NCBI GenBank assembly: GCA_964035575.1
Contig: OZ037845.1
Span: 1,302,001-1,366,000 of the forward strand
Origin: Rhynchopus sp. YZ270_cl-10
Taxonomy: Eukaryota
Reading direction: 5' to 3'
Length of the DNA: 64,000 bases
Shown here: piece after piece, positions 1-10,982 of the stretch
Layout: each line of letters begins with the position of its first letter
How positions within the stretch are numbered: the first letter of the stretch is position 1
The notes under the pieces: generated by a model
What the model saw: the letters and a program-made list of their open reading frames with translations, nothing else
The model's database searches: none
Told to the model about the DNA's origin: nothing
Made by a program: the position numbers and the translations under genes

Positions 1-1101
1 AGTTAGTTGCTGCACGGTTATGTAGGGTGATCTTCATATTTGTTTTTTTTTTTAGTCTTTCCCCAGTGCCTGCGCCCGCCGATGAACGGTGAGGCGTTTG
101 CACTTCCGATTTCTTTTTGTTGAACTGGGGGGTGTCTTTTGAACTGCCCTGTGGTGGTAATCTCTCTCACAATGTGTTATATATTATTTGGGTCAGTTTC
201 TGAGAGCCCAGGAACGTCTCGCAAACTTCTCTTTTCAGCAACGCTGCTGGTGCACAGTTAAAAAAAAGACACTCGCTTTTTAGGTGACTAAACACGAGAG
301 GCTTAGGTTCATCTTCTGAACTTTTTTTTCTTTTTTTGAAGTGACGGAGCGAAGCGAGGCTTTTGTTAGGTCATCTTGACGTGTTTTTTTCTTATTTCTT
401 CTTGACACATATTCGTCAAATTTTCTTTTTTTCTAATGTCTTTTCCAGGCAAAACCGTAAGTGTTTCTACACGGTTATACGTTTTTTTTCCCTTTCTTTT
501 TTCTTTGTTTTATTGGGTCAGCACGAAGAGGGAGGAGCGGGGCAATTCCAGCAACCAAACAGCCCCCTATTTTTCTTTACTGCTGTTGCTGCTTGTGAGA
601 AAGCTCCCTTTTTCCATTCAGCCAGGGTCGGCCTGCATCCGCAAGGATTGGGGCATGTTCGTGTGGTGACCTGTGTATTTTCAACGTGTTCCAGCGCGTT
701 AATAGTAACGATGTGTGTGCACAAGAGGCACGTTCATCTATCAAGTTTTCTAATTTCGTGTTGCATTTTAGGTACACTGTCATGGGGCTTTGTATTTCAA
801 GTCAACTTTTGTAACCCTTTGCTTGTATCTTTTGGAGGGTGGGGGTGGGATGGGATGGGTATCCTCTCTCCGTACGTGTGCGTGTGCTGTGCTTTCTGGC
901 CACGCAACACATGTATTTTATTGTGTGTCTGAGGCCAAATGTGACCTAATCAGAGGATGAAGGTGTGAGATCGTCCTACCAACTTTGTGTTTGATTTTTC
1001 TTATGTTTATTTAACACCCAAAATGATGACCCCGAAAAAAAAAATAAATTGAAAAAGATTCTAAAGAACATGTCTCATGGAGTAACAGTGTCAGCTCTTT
1101 A

Positions 1102-1140
1102 AGGTGACTAAGCACGAGAGGCTTAGGGCCATCTTCTAAA
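1102..1140 (+). repeat. Representative of dispersed hairpin family A (GGTGACTAAGC-ACGAGAG-GCTTAG..CATCTT)
   Basis: Other copies near 282, 12260, 13083, 34046, 34098, 55839; degenerate copies near 11831, 29931, 40749, 49021, 51028, 51292, 51491. Confidence 0.9.
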
Positions 1141-1399
1141 CTTTTCTTTCTTTTTTTTTGGCTAAGTCTTATCTTGCCAACATTTTCTATTTAGGGTTGC
1201 CAAATTCTTCAATACGTTGGCACCCTGAGGACACTGTCGGAGAGACCTTGCCCGTTTCTTTTCTTTTTATTTTGTTTGATTTCCTTGCATTTTTCCCCCC
1301 TGGGACATCCAAAGAACCATTATTTAAAAAATCCCAAAAATAACTGAACATTCTTTTCCTTTCAAAAAAAAACAAGTAATTGCTATCGGAAAAAAAACG

Positions 1400-1790
1400 G
1401 GGTGTGATGTGGAACTCCATCCTGTAGAAATAATCTACAACACGCCCAGCATTCTGCTCTTCTGCAGGTATGCTAACGCTCTTCGTACGCTGCCAGACCC
1501 ACTGGGACGCCTGCATCTGAAACGTTCAAGAAGGGGGGCTGTCCTCTTCGTCCAGCACCATCTGCTCGATAGCGTTGTTGGACGTCGTCTCGGCAGGCTC
1601 GGCGTGTTCCAGCTCGTTTTTGTCCACAGGCTTCCCACATTGTCGTCGTCGTTGGAGCAGTGCGGAAGGAACACAGAATGCACAGACTACAACACATCGA
1701 TCACACCAGGCGCATCAGCACCACCCAGCAAATCGCCAGGATGCTACGGTGGTTTCGAAAATCGCGCGGAGTTTTCCACAGCACACCCCG
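1400..1790 (-). pseudogene. Possible decayed coding fragment
   Basis: GC-rich island in T-rich intergenic DNA; minus frame reads KPVDKNELEHAEPAETTSNNAIEQMVLDEEDSPPS*TFQMQASQWVWQRTKS...DYFYRMEFHITP with an in-frame stop. Confidence 0.35.
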
Positions 1791-1794
1791 CTTT

Positions 1795-1848
1795 TTTCTT
1801 AGCAATTACTTGTCCTTGTTGTTTCTTAGCAATTACTTGTCTTTGTTG
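1795..1848. repeat. 27-bp tandem duplication
   Basis: TTTCTTAGCAATTACTTGTCYTTGTTG x2. Confidence 0.9.
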
Positions 1849-2378
1849 TTTTCAACCACCTTCCTTCAACCCTTGTAGGGATCAGTTGTTATTTTTTTCG
1901 CGAAAACATGAAATTACACATTTCAAGAGAACAAATTAAAAAGGGTCCTTATTTGCATTTTTGGGATTCACCCGTGCAGTGGTGGGGTCAATCTCGAAAA
2001 TTGGACAATTTTTTGACCACTTAAATTTTGAGAAATATGAGCCCGGTTGCTTATACGTGGGGCCCATTTTCGGCTAAAATTTTCCTCAAAATCTGGTTTT
2101 GTAAAATTGACCCTTTACTCCCCCCCCACATCGATTTCAATACTATACCTTACTTCACCTACGGTTGCCCTTACAGGGGGGGTGAAGGAAGGTAAGTTGA
2201 AAAGATAAAATAAAGCCGATTTCAAATCTCCCCAACTCCCCCAACGACACACTCCTACACCAACACAACAGAAGGCTCTCCCTGAGGGGGAGAAGGGCAA
2301 CACAAGAGAGAAGCACACAAAGAGTCCTCACTCTTCTCCCAACCGAGGTGGAGGCGGGTGCGGTGACAGACGTTCAAA

Positions 2379-5260
2379 ATGGCCGACCCATATGCCCTGG
2401 TCTCCGCCGATGCGATGGCTCCACCGGACCTACCTGAGGTAGGTGTGAACATTCCTAAGTATGGCTGAACTCCCCCTTTTTCCCCCATTATTCAAAAATT
2501 GCGTCGCTCGAAAAAAAAAGGTGATGTCTGCCTCCAAAGCGGGGATTGCTCACATAATGTGTCAACCCGCTCGAGTAAAAGAGGCACCAAGGATCGCGAG
2601 ACCCGGCTAGCCCACACAGAACAAACAACGTGCTGCCAGGGTGTAATTAAGTAGTAAAGCGTGTCTGCATCAATTATTCAAAATTATTCAAAAAAAAATT
2701 ATTACAGCTTCCAAGAGCCAGATGCGGAGACACTAGCTGAGATTGTCGCCCCTCCAGGAGCGAAAGGAGAAGGGGAAGTCCCTGCGGCTGCTCCACCTGC
2801 TGCTACGCCAGCTCCTGCCGCTACCCCACCACCAGCTGCTGCACCTGCTGCTCCAGCACCGACACCGGAGCCACCAGCAAAGACCGGTCCCACACCAGCA
2901 GAGATCATTGCAGAAGAAAAACGGAAGGCAGCAGAACGGCAAAAGCAAGACGAAGAAGAGTTGAAACGCAAAGCAGACCTGCAACGCAAGAAGGAGGCCG
3001 ATGCTGAGAAGAAGAAGGCGGATGAGGAGGCCGCAAAGAAGGCTGCAGACAAGAAACGAGACGAAGAAGCGGCCAAGAGCAAAGAAGACGCGAAGGCGAA
3101 GGAGGAGGCCGATAAGAAGAAGGCTGCAGAGGAAGCAGACAAGAAGAAGCTTGAGGAGGCTGCGAAGAAGAAGCTTGCCGACGAGGCGGCAGCAGAGGCC
3201 GAAGCTGCAAAGCAGAAGGCAGCAGCAGAAGCTGAGGCCGCAAAACAGAAAGCGGCAGCTGCTGCCCCTGCCCCCACCCCCGTTGCTGACCCACCTGCCC
3301 CTCCTGCTCCTGCCGCAGCCCCAGCAGCACCACTTCCCAAATCACCACCACGCGACCCAACCCCATCCCCTGCAGCACCAGCACCCATTCCCCTCCCACC
3401 AGCGGCCATTGAGGTATGTTTGCTTCGGATTTGTTGATGCAAAAGAGGGGGGGGGCGCAAAATCATCACATCACAACACAACAGGCACCGCCCCAAGCGC
3501 AGGCACCCTCCCAAGGCTTCACCTATCCGTCCTCCCCGCAGAACGTCCCCATGCAACAGTACCCATTCCCGTTCTTCCCATCGGGCTACCCGACGTCGCC
3601 GTTTAGTGCGAATGATGGGGGTGGCGAGAAGGCGAGGGAATTGGAGTCAACCCTGAAGCAGGAGCTTGCGAGGGTATGTGGACTTTCCCGACTCAAATAT
3701 TTTCTCTTTTTGGATCTTCTTGACCCCACACACCATACCACACCACCCACACACAGGCAGACAAACGCCTCGAAGAAACCTCCCGCAACGCAAGCGACGA
3801 AATGCGCAGCCTCAAAACCGAGGTAGGCACGCTCAAGGAGATGCTCCGCAGCGAGCGCGAGCAGCGTCTTGCCACTGAGGTGCAGGCTCAGGCCCAGCAG
3901 CAGGCAAAGGAGCTTCTCCGGAGCGAACGCGACCAGCGACACGCTTCTGAGACCCAGGCCCAGGCACAACTCAAAGAAAACTTTGAGAGACAGGTACACA
4001 ACCCCCATCTCACCTCCCCCACCCCCACCCCCACCCCCACCCTCACATTCCACCCCCCCTCAGTACCAAGACCAAATCAAACGGAATGCTGACCTCGAAC
4101 GGCGTCTCTTAGAGAAAGACAATGCGATGAACACACGATTAGATGAGTTTCGGAACAAGCAAAGCGACAGTCGGGAGAGCATCATCGCAGCTGTGCGTGC
4201 AGAGATGGCTGCAGAGGGGAGCGCAAAGAAGGCGACTGCAAGCAGTGAACAGCAGCGGGCGGAGTATGAGGCAAAGCTCTCGCAGGAGCGGGGGGAGTAT
4301 GCATCTCGGGTGGCTGTCATGCAGCAGCTCATCGATGTCAAGCAACGGGGCGACATTATTGAACTTCTCCGCCGTGAGGCTGCAGAGCGTGAATGGGAAG
4401 AAGGCCTCCAATGGGATGACTTCGCACGACACAAGAAAGACGAACGCCGCCACCGCAAAGAAGTCGAGGTGAACCTCCGCCGCCGCGCCCGCCAAGCACA
4501 ACAACTCCCCACCATGTCAGGCACCCTCAGCCCACAATACCCTACCCTAGCCGACAAAGCCTTCGCCTCTCTCCAAGGCAAACCCCATCGCGACAACGCA
4601 GTCTACACAACAAAAGCATTTCAAAAGGTCTTCGAAGTTCTTGAAGGTTGCGATCTAGTCCACTATGCCCCCGTATTTGCTGCAAATGAGTTTGACATAC
4701 ACTGCCTTGCAGCGATAACAGAGGACGATATGAATGCCTTAGGGATTACTACGTTAGGTGCACGAAAGAGACTTCTCGCAGAGGCAGAGAAGCTTCGTAT
4801 GGAGATAACAAGAAATCCTGAGGAGGAGATGGGGAATGCGCAGAATATTGTTGAAGATGAGGTAACCTCTGAATGGTGCAAGGAAAGAATGTCACACATG
4901 AACCGTGCAAGTGGTCCGGATGTGTTTGCTCAGGTTCTTGCATGGGATGATGCGTGGAGGCATGCTACTGCGTTGGACGCAGAAGGCGCGCCCTCAGGAA
5001 CCCCAGGAGGACACAAAGGAGAGTTACTGCTCAAAAGGCTTTCTGGTGCTCCGCCACCAGGCTCGGTGGGTGTGGGGAATATGGGAGGTCCTCCGGTAGG
5101 TACGCCCCAGCTGATGCGGCCACCATCCCCTCCACCTTCCCGCCCACCACCTCCGATGCCCCCAACCCACATAGATGTATTCCACACTGACGATGGTATT
5201 CCCTATTACTACAATACAGCGACAGGGGAAACCACCTGGCAGCCTCCTGGACCACGATGA
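2379..5260 (+). CDS. Spliced gene, ~802 aa: Pro/Ala-rich region, Lys/Glu/Ala coiled coil, SAM domain, C-terminal WW domain
   Basis: Exons 2379-2458, 2708-3413, 3485-3673, 3757-3993, 4064-5260 join in frame through GT(ATG/ACA)...CAG introns. SAM-like FEVLEGCDLVHYAPVFAANEFDIHCLAAITEDDMNALGITTLGARKRLL; WW-like HTDDGIPYYYNTATGETTWQPP. Exon 1 is the least certain. Confidence 0.8.
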
Positions 5261-6224
5261 AGTCACATTGTTATTCTCAGAGGTTATGGTGTTCCGCGGG
5301 CCAAAAATTGACATTTCCTTGGGGTTTCAGGAACACCAGGTTATGTGAAAAAAATATGGCAAAAAAAGTGAGATATTCTTTCCTGGTTTAGTGGGGTAGT
5401 GGGGTGGGGGGGTGTTGAAGGTAGGCCGCAAACGTAAAAAAAAAATAATGGAATAGTGGAGCACACTCTAGGGTCCTACACTAATACAACCAAGTTTTTA
5501 AAAATACGTTGGATGATAACTCATTTGGGGGACTATTTTGTGCTGTGTCCCCCCCCTAAGTGTTGCACGCTTTGAGATGAAATTCTACAGTTTGTTTCAA
5601 AAAGAGAGATGAAAAAAATGAACGAAATTGAGATGATTTCCCTGTTTTTTTTTTTTCCCTTCATAGCACCTACCTTGCTCTGTGTGTTATGTGAGGGAAA
5701 ATATCTGTTATCTTCTGCGCTGCAAAGAAAACAGCCGTTTTGTTGTTTATATATTCAGTGAAAGTGGTTCGAATACCGAGGTGTGGATGTGTGTTACCTT
5801 CCTCCACTTTCCCCCCTTTTTTTTTCCAAGATGTGTGTGCGCGAGATGCACATTCATCTTACACGTTTTCTTTTTCTCTCAAATTTTTTTTTGCTGCTTT
5901 TTTGGCAAAGAGATAGGTTCAGTTACCACCCTCTTTTGCGGCTTTCAGAATTACAGGGTAATTCCCTGTCGTTCTTCTTTCAAAAAATAAAGTTTCCTTT
6001 GTAAACAAGTCTTCCCTTCCCCTCGTTGTATCCCTATTCTCTTCCCCTTCTTTTTGTGTGTTTTTGTGCTTCGCTTCACTGCTACTGCAATATAGACCCC
6101 AGATCTTCCCTTTCCATTTTTTCATTTTATAACCCTCTCTTCTACCCCATGGTAGGTTTCACCATACTTTTTGTATTCATTGGTGTAGGTTCATCTAGAC
6201 AGCAGGACGGTGGCCATGGAAGTC

Positions 6225-6363
6225 GGCATCCGATAATGAGTGTGTAACAACTCACCTGCCGAATGAACCTGTCCCGAAAATGGATGGTGCTCAAGCGACC
6301 CACCCATAGTCGGCCGTGCTCCGGTATTGAAAAGCCGTGGCATCCGATAATGAGTGTGTAACA
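6225..6363. repeat. 25-bp direct repeat pair
   Basis: GGCATCCGATAATGAGTGTGTAACA at 6225-6249 and 6339-6363. Confidence 0.9.
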
Positions 6364-6411
6364 CAACAACTCCGCCTGCTATATTATCCATTTTTCTTAG
6401 CCGCATATCGA

Positions 6412-6805
6412 AGCTTAACAAACGGCAGCTGGTGGCGGTTGAGGTGGTGTCGGTGTATCCCGTAGAGGCTCATCTGCCTGCACTGTCTGCTGAATCGCCT
6501 GCAGCTGAAGAAGGTGTTTCCGACAACTCATCCATCAGAGAGACACATATGCTCTGCTGCAGGACGGTGTTTTTGCCTTCAAGGCTTCGATCTCTTTGTC
6601 ACGCTTGGCGATCTCCGAGGCTCGTTCATAACACTGAGGGCCTTCTTTGCTGCCTCGGTTTGGTGTACGGATTAAGCAGCAAACCTGATGATCACCCATG
6701 GGTGCTTGCGTCCACAGAAGGGCTGAAAGTTTGCACCTTTCAGCTCCCCTTCTAAGGTGGCTAAATGCTCATACCTTCCACTCATATGGTGCTTTCGGAA
6801 ATCAT
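6412..6805 (-). pseudogene. Possible decayed coding fragment with coiled-coil segment
   Basis: Minus strand gives MSGRYEHLATLEGELKGANFQPF...FAA*, then after frameshifts ASEIAKRDKEIEALKAK and LLQLQAIQQTVQADEPLRDTPTPPQPPP. Confidence 0.35.
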
Positions 6806-6954
6806 GTCAATATCAGGGGGGGTGTCTATAAAGTCCCTGTGTCAGTGACCTGTCAGCGAACTGTCAATATGGACCCCTCCCGGAGCACCACCATATTTTG
6901 TTGCTCTCAGGGTAAAAGAAGAAAACACCCAATCCCCCCTCCCCCCTTTACACG

Positions 6955-9900
6955 ATGGTCTCCGCAAGCGATGGCATTGCGGAGGTGAAGGCGTTCTTGG
7001 ATGAGTTGAATTTGTCGGATTATTTGGATAAGCTTGTGGATGAGGGGTACGACGACCTGCGTAGCGTGCGGACCCTGACGGAGGCAGATCTGTTGGAGGT
7101 GGGGTTCAAGCGGGGGCACTGCAAAAGGCTTTTGGCGGCAGTGGCGGAGCAGCAGCAGATGCATCAGGAGAAGCGTGCGGCGGCGGCTGCCGCTGTGTCT
7201 GCTCCTGCGGCGACGTCGTCACTCCCTGCGGGTGCTGCATCATGGGAAAAGATGGAGCAGGTCACCCTCCCGCCAAAGTTTGCGCAGCACTTCTCGGATC
7301 TCTGCAAGATGGGTTGCTACTGCTGGCGTATTGTGGATGAGCTTTCCGAGAAGGGCCGCAAGACCGAGCGGGTTCTCTCCGTCACTACCTCGTTCTTCTT
7401 CCTCTCGACCCTGGAGGCCACCATCACAACGTCGCTCCGGATTCAAGACATCGAGAAGGTGTTCCTCCAGGAGCGTCCCGCCTCTGCAGGCGCAACCATC
7501 ACACAGATCGCTATCAAACCGCTTGCCTCTGCGAATGAGCCGACTGTGATGATCCAGCTCCGCCACGACAAACGTAACCCCACCAACGAGCCGATGCACG
7601 CCATAGCCGCGATCAACCACGTCCTCAAACAAAAGAGCCACACCCCCCTCGAAGTCACGCGTCTGCAATCCACAATGGATATGCGCAAAGTGCCAGAAGT
7701 CTCCGGCACGCTTTCGAAACCCTCCGGCTACATGGACCCCATGTCGAAACTCAAAAAATGGAAAGAAACCGGAAAGTGGCCAAACAGCCCCGAAGACATC
7801 GGCACACCCGAGAAGACAGTGACAGAGAAGCGCTCTGAAATCAGCCTAGGGGAGGGGCGGAAGCTGAGTGTTGGGAAAGAGAGACGCTTGGACTGGATGG
7901 TGAAGGATGTGGTCGAGATTGCGGGTATCACGGGACTCGCCTTTGACGCGGCAGAGGGCACGTTGACGGTGAACAATGGCGACAAATCGTGCAGTGCGTC
8001 GATTGAGGTACTTTCCACCACCTTCCCACAAAACTTATCTTTATCCCAACCCGAGCTTTGAAATCTGTGACGTCGGTGACCCGAGAGGGGCCACGCTTTT
8101 AACCGTTCTCATATTTTGTAAGATAACGCTTCCTTTTAGCTTTCCTCTGTCATTTGTTAGTACCGGACTACTCTACAGTAATGTGCAATATTCCACGCAG
8201 ACATCCACTAATTTGTCTGATTTCAAACACATACTCCGCACTTCACACTTTACTACTTACACTACCCCAACTACCCAACTACCCCCAACAGGACAACCAA
8301 CGTGAACGCATCCTCCACAACCTCACGAAGCTCTGCGGCTACGCCAAAGTTGCCACCACAGGCATCCCACGCGGGTCCCGTAAAAAGCCCCCGATCGGCT
8401 TCAAGCCCTCCGTGTCCGAGGTGACCTTCACCGACGCCGATGACGACTCCTGCACTTTCATCGTCAGCGACGGTTCCCTCCAGCTCTGGGCCAACGGGAA
8501 GTGCGAGGTATGCTTTCAAAGTGACCCATTATCAGCACCGAAAGGTGTAGGTTCAATTTCTTACTCAAAAAACCGACTGCAGATCCCCGACGTGCGCCAG
8601 GTCTCCCACAAAGAGGGGACACTGACCATTGGGAAGCTGGAGTGCAACATTGTGACGCCGCCGGCGGGTGCAGAACGGCGGGCCTCTTTGACTCTTCTGG
8701 CACAGCTTTGCACAGGTATGCACCTCCCACTACCTCCTTCCCCACCCTCACCTCCCGCCTCCTACCTACTCTCCACCTACCTGCAGCCACCTCAGTACGC
8801 GCAGTGGGTCTGCCTTTGGCGGTCCCTCCGCAGACACCTGCTGGTACCGGAAAGGGCGGGGCCACAACAGACAACCAAAACCTGCAGGCGAAGGTCGAGG
8901 AGCAAGAGCAGGAGATGGACCGCCTGAAGCGGGAGCTGGAGAGGATGAAGGAGCGCAAGCAGCGGCGGCGGGCGGGGTCGGCGAAGTCGTCGGACTCTGT
9001 CTCGACCACCGCCACGAGCGCGTCCACATCCTCCTGGAGACACGACCCTTACGCAGACAGCGAAGAGTCGATGTCTGTGCAGTCCTCCTTCAACAGCCTT
9101 CCCTCCATCCAAAGCAATACAAGCAAACACGGCAACATGGGGATGTTCATGGCATACGGCGGACGTGAGTCCACACATGAATCACCCCTGGGCAGCAGAC
9201 CGCGTGGCTTCACCTCGACCTCCACCATCGAGTCCGAGCACGGCTCCATGCCGCCCACTCTCCTCTCCTCCTGCAGTGAGTACCATGAGCAGCCGAACTT
9301 CACACCCGGCTCGTCGTTGGTGTCGGTGCAGATGAACACTGTGTCGGACTACAACGATGTGTCTGAGGCTACGACGCCGTCGCCAGCACAGCCGCAGGCA
9401 CCGCCGCAGGTGCAGGCACAGCCACCTGCCTTGTCGCCACCGCAGATGCAGCAGCAGCCACCACCACCACAGCCGCAGACGGTGTCGCCCATATCACCGC
9501 CCATCCCGCCCGCCCCGTCGGATACGAGGTCGGTGGAGCTGCAGTTGCAGCAGAAGGAGACCGAGGTGGAGAGGTACCGGCAGCTGGTGCAGCAAGCGCA
9601 GTCGGTACCGGCACCGTTGGAGCAGCAGCAGCAGCAGCAGGTGCTCCAGCAGCCTCAGCCCATCCCCACACCCCAGCAGCCTGCGCAGATCCAGGTGCAG
9701 CCGCAGCAGCCAGGCGGGCTTGCCTCCTTCCAAAGTCCAAGTGCACCCCCCATGTCCATGTTCCCACAGCAGATGCCGATGCAACCCCAGTCGCCCCTAG
9801 TCGTGCAGCCCCAAGTTGCCAGTCCCACCGCACCTAACGCAAACCTGATGAACAACATCCTCATGGGCCAGATGCAGGCCTTCACGATGTGCCTCTCCGT

Positions 9901-10982
9901 CCCCTTCGAGCCGCTCGGGTTTGAGTATGGCAGTATCTCAGAGCCGCCTGCACTGGTCATCACCTCCGTCGACCCGCAGAGGGCAAGCCACCGTGCAGGG
10001 ATCACAGCGGGCTGCATCCTGCACTCGGTGAACGGCTCGCGCATCACGTGTGAGAACGACCTGCTCGACGCAGTGCGGAAGATCCGTGAACGCGGCGTGC
10101 TGCAGTTTGTTGTGGAGTTGCAGAAGATGCCCTTCCCGAAGGGGTTCACGCAGCAGCGCATGATGGCGCCTCCGATGCGTGTCCAGCCTACCCTCCCGCA
10201 GCAGTTCCAGGCGGGACAGCCGGCACTGCAGAACCATCAGCAGTTGCAGCACCAGCAGCAGCAACAACAACAACAACAACAACAACAGCAGCAACAACAA
10301 CAGCAACAGCAGCAGCAACAACAGCTCCCAATGCAGGTGACACAGGTGCAGTCCGCACAGTCCAGCCCGCACAGCAGCCCACGCCACAAGCCCGGCCACA
10401 TGCAGGACGCGCCCTCCACCAACATGAACATCCGTCTCGCCGTTCTCTTCAAGCACGGCCGGCGAGGCGAGTTTATGTTCGATCAGGTATGCACGCGACA
10501 CTACTCAACACCACACTTTACCTACTTCCTTTTTCACACCCCCACCCCTACCACAGAGACTCAGCGCAGGGACATTCGTTGTGGTCGAAACAACGGACGG
10601 TGTTGATATTGGGCTTGTCTCTGGTGCGCGCGCAGGGGGGAAGAAGGGGGATCGTTTCCGTGCAAAGTACGTTGCGTCTGACGCAGAGGTGCAGGCGTGG
10701 AAGGGGTTGTTGGGTGAGGAGGAGATTGCACTGGCTCATATGAAGGGACGTGTGGAGCAGCACCAGCTGCCTATCACACTGCACCGGGCAGAGTTCCAGA
10801 TTGACAAGAAGAAGCTCACCCTGCACTACAGCACTTCGGCACAGCACCCAGACTTCTCAGGACTCCTCCACGATGGGTATCTCAAGTTTGGATGCCGGAT
10901 CTGGCTCAACAACTGCCAGCCAGGCATGGGCAACAGGGGCGAGCCTCTTGACCTCAGCGCACCGCCGATTCCCTGTTTGTAA
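6955..10982 (+). CDS. Spliced gene, ~1175 aa: N-terminal SAM, PH/TH1-like region, duplicated small domain, PDZ-like domain, polyQ, C-terminal PSP1 domain
   Basis: Exons 6955-8007, 8292-8507, 8583-8715, 8787-10486, 10557-10982 join in frame. SAM: VKAFLDELNLSDYLDKLVDEGYDDL...VGFKRGHCKRLL. PDZ: PLGFEY...LVITSVDPQRASHRAGITAGCILHSVNG. PSP1: AEFQIDKKKLTLHYS...PDFSGLLHDGYLKFGCRIW. Confidence 0.8.
10236..10324 (+). repeat. CAG/CAA polyglutamine tract
   Basis: Mixed CAG/CAA run inside exon 4 of the PSP1-domain gene. Confidence 0.95.

Noticed and set aside
363..932. 189-aa ORF and similar Phe/Lys-rich intergenic ORFs
   Set aside because: Non-ATG starts, composition driven by T/A homopolymers, and they run through dispersed repeats.
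2702..3556. 284-aa minus-strand ORF and the many other antisense ORFs over real genes
   Set aside because: Shadow frames of GC-rich or low-complexity sense genes.
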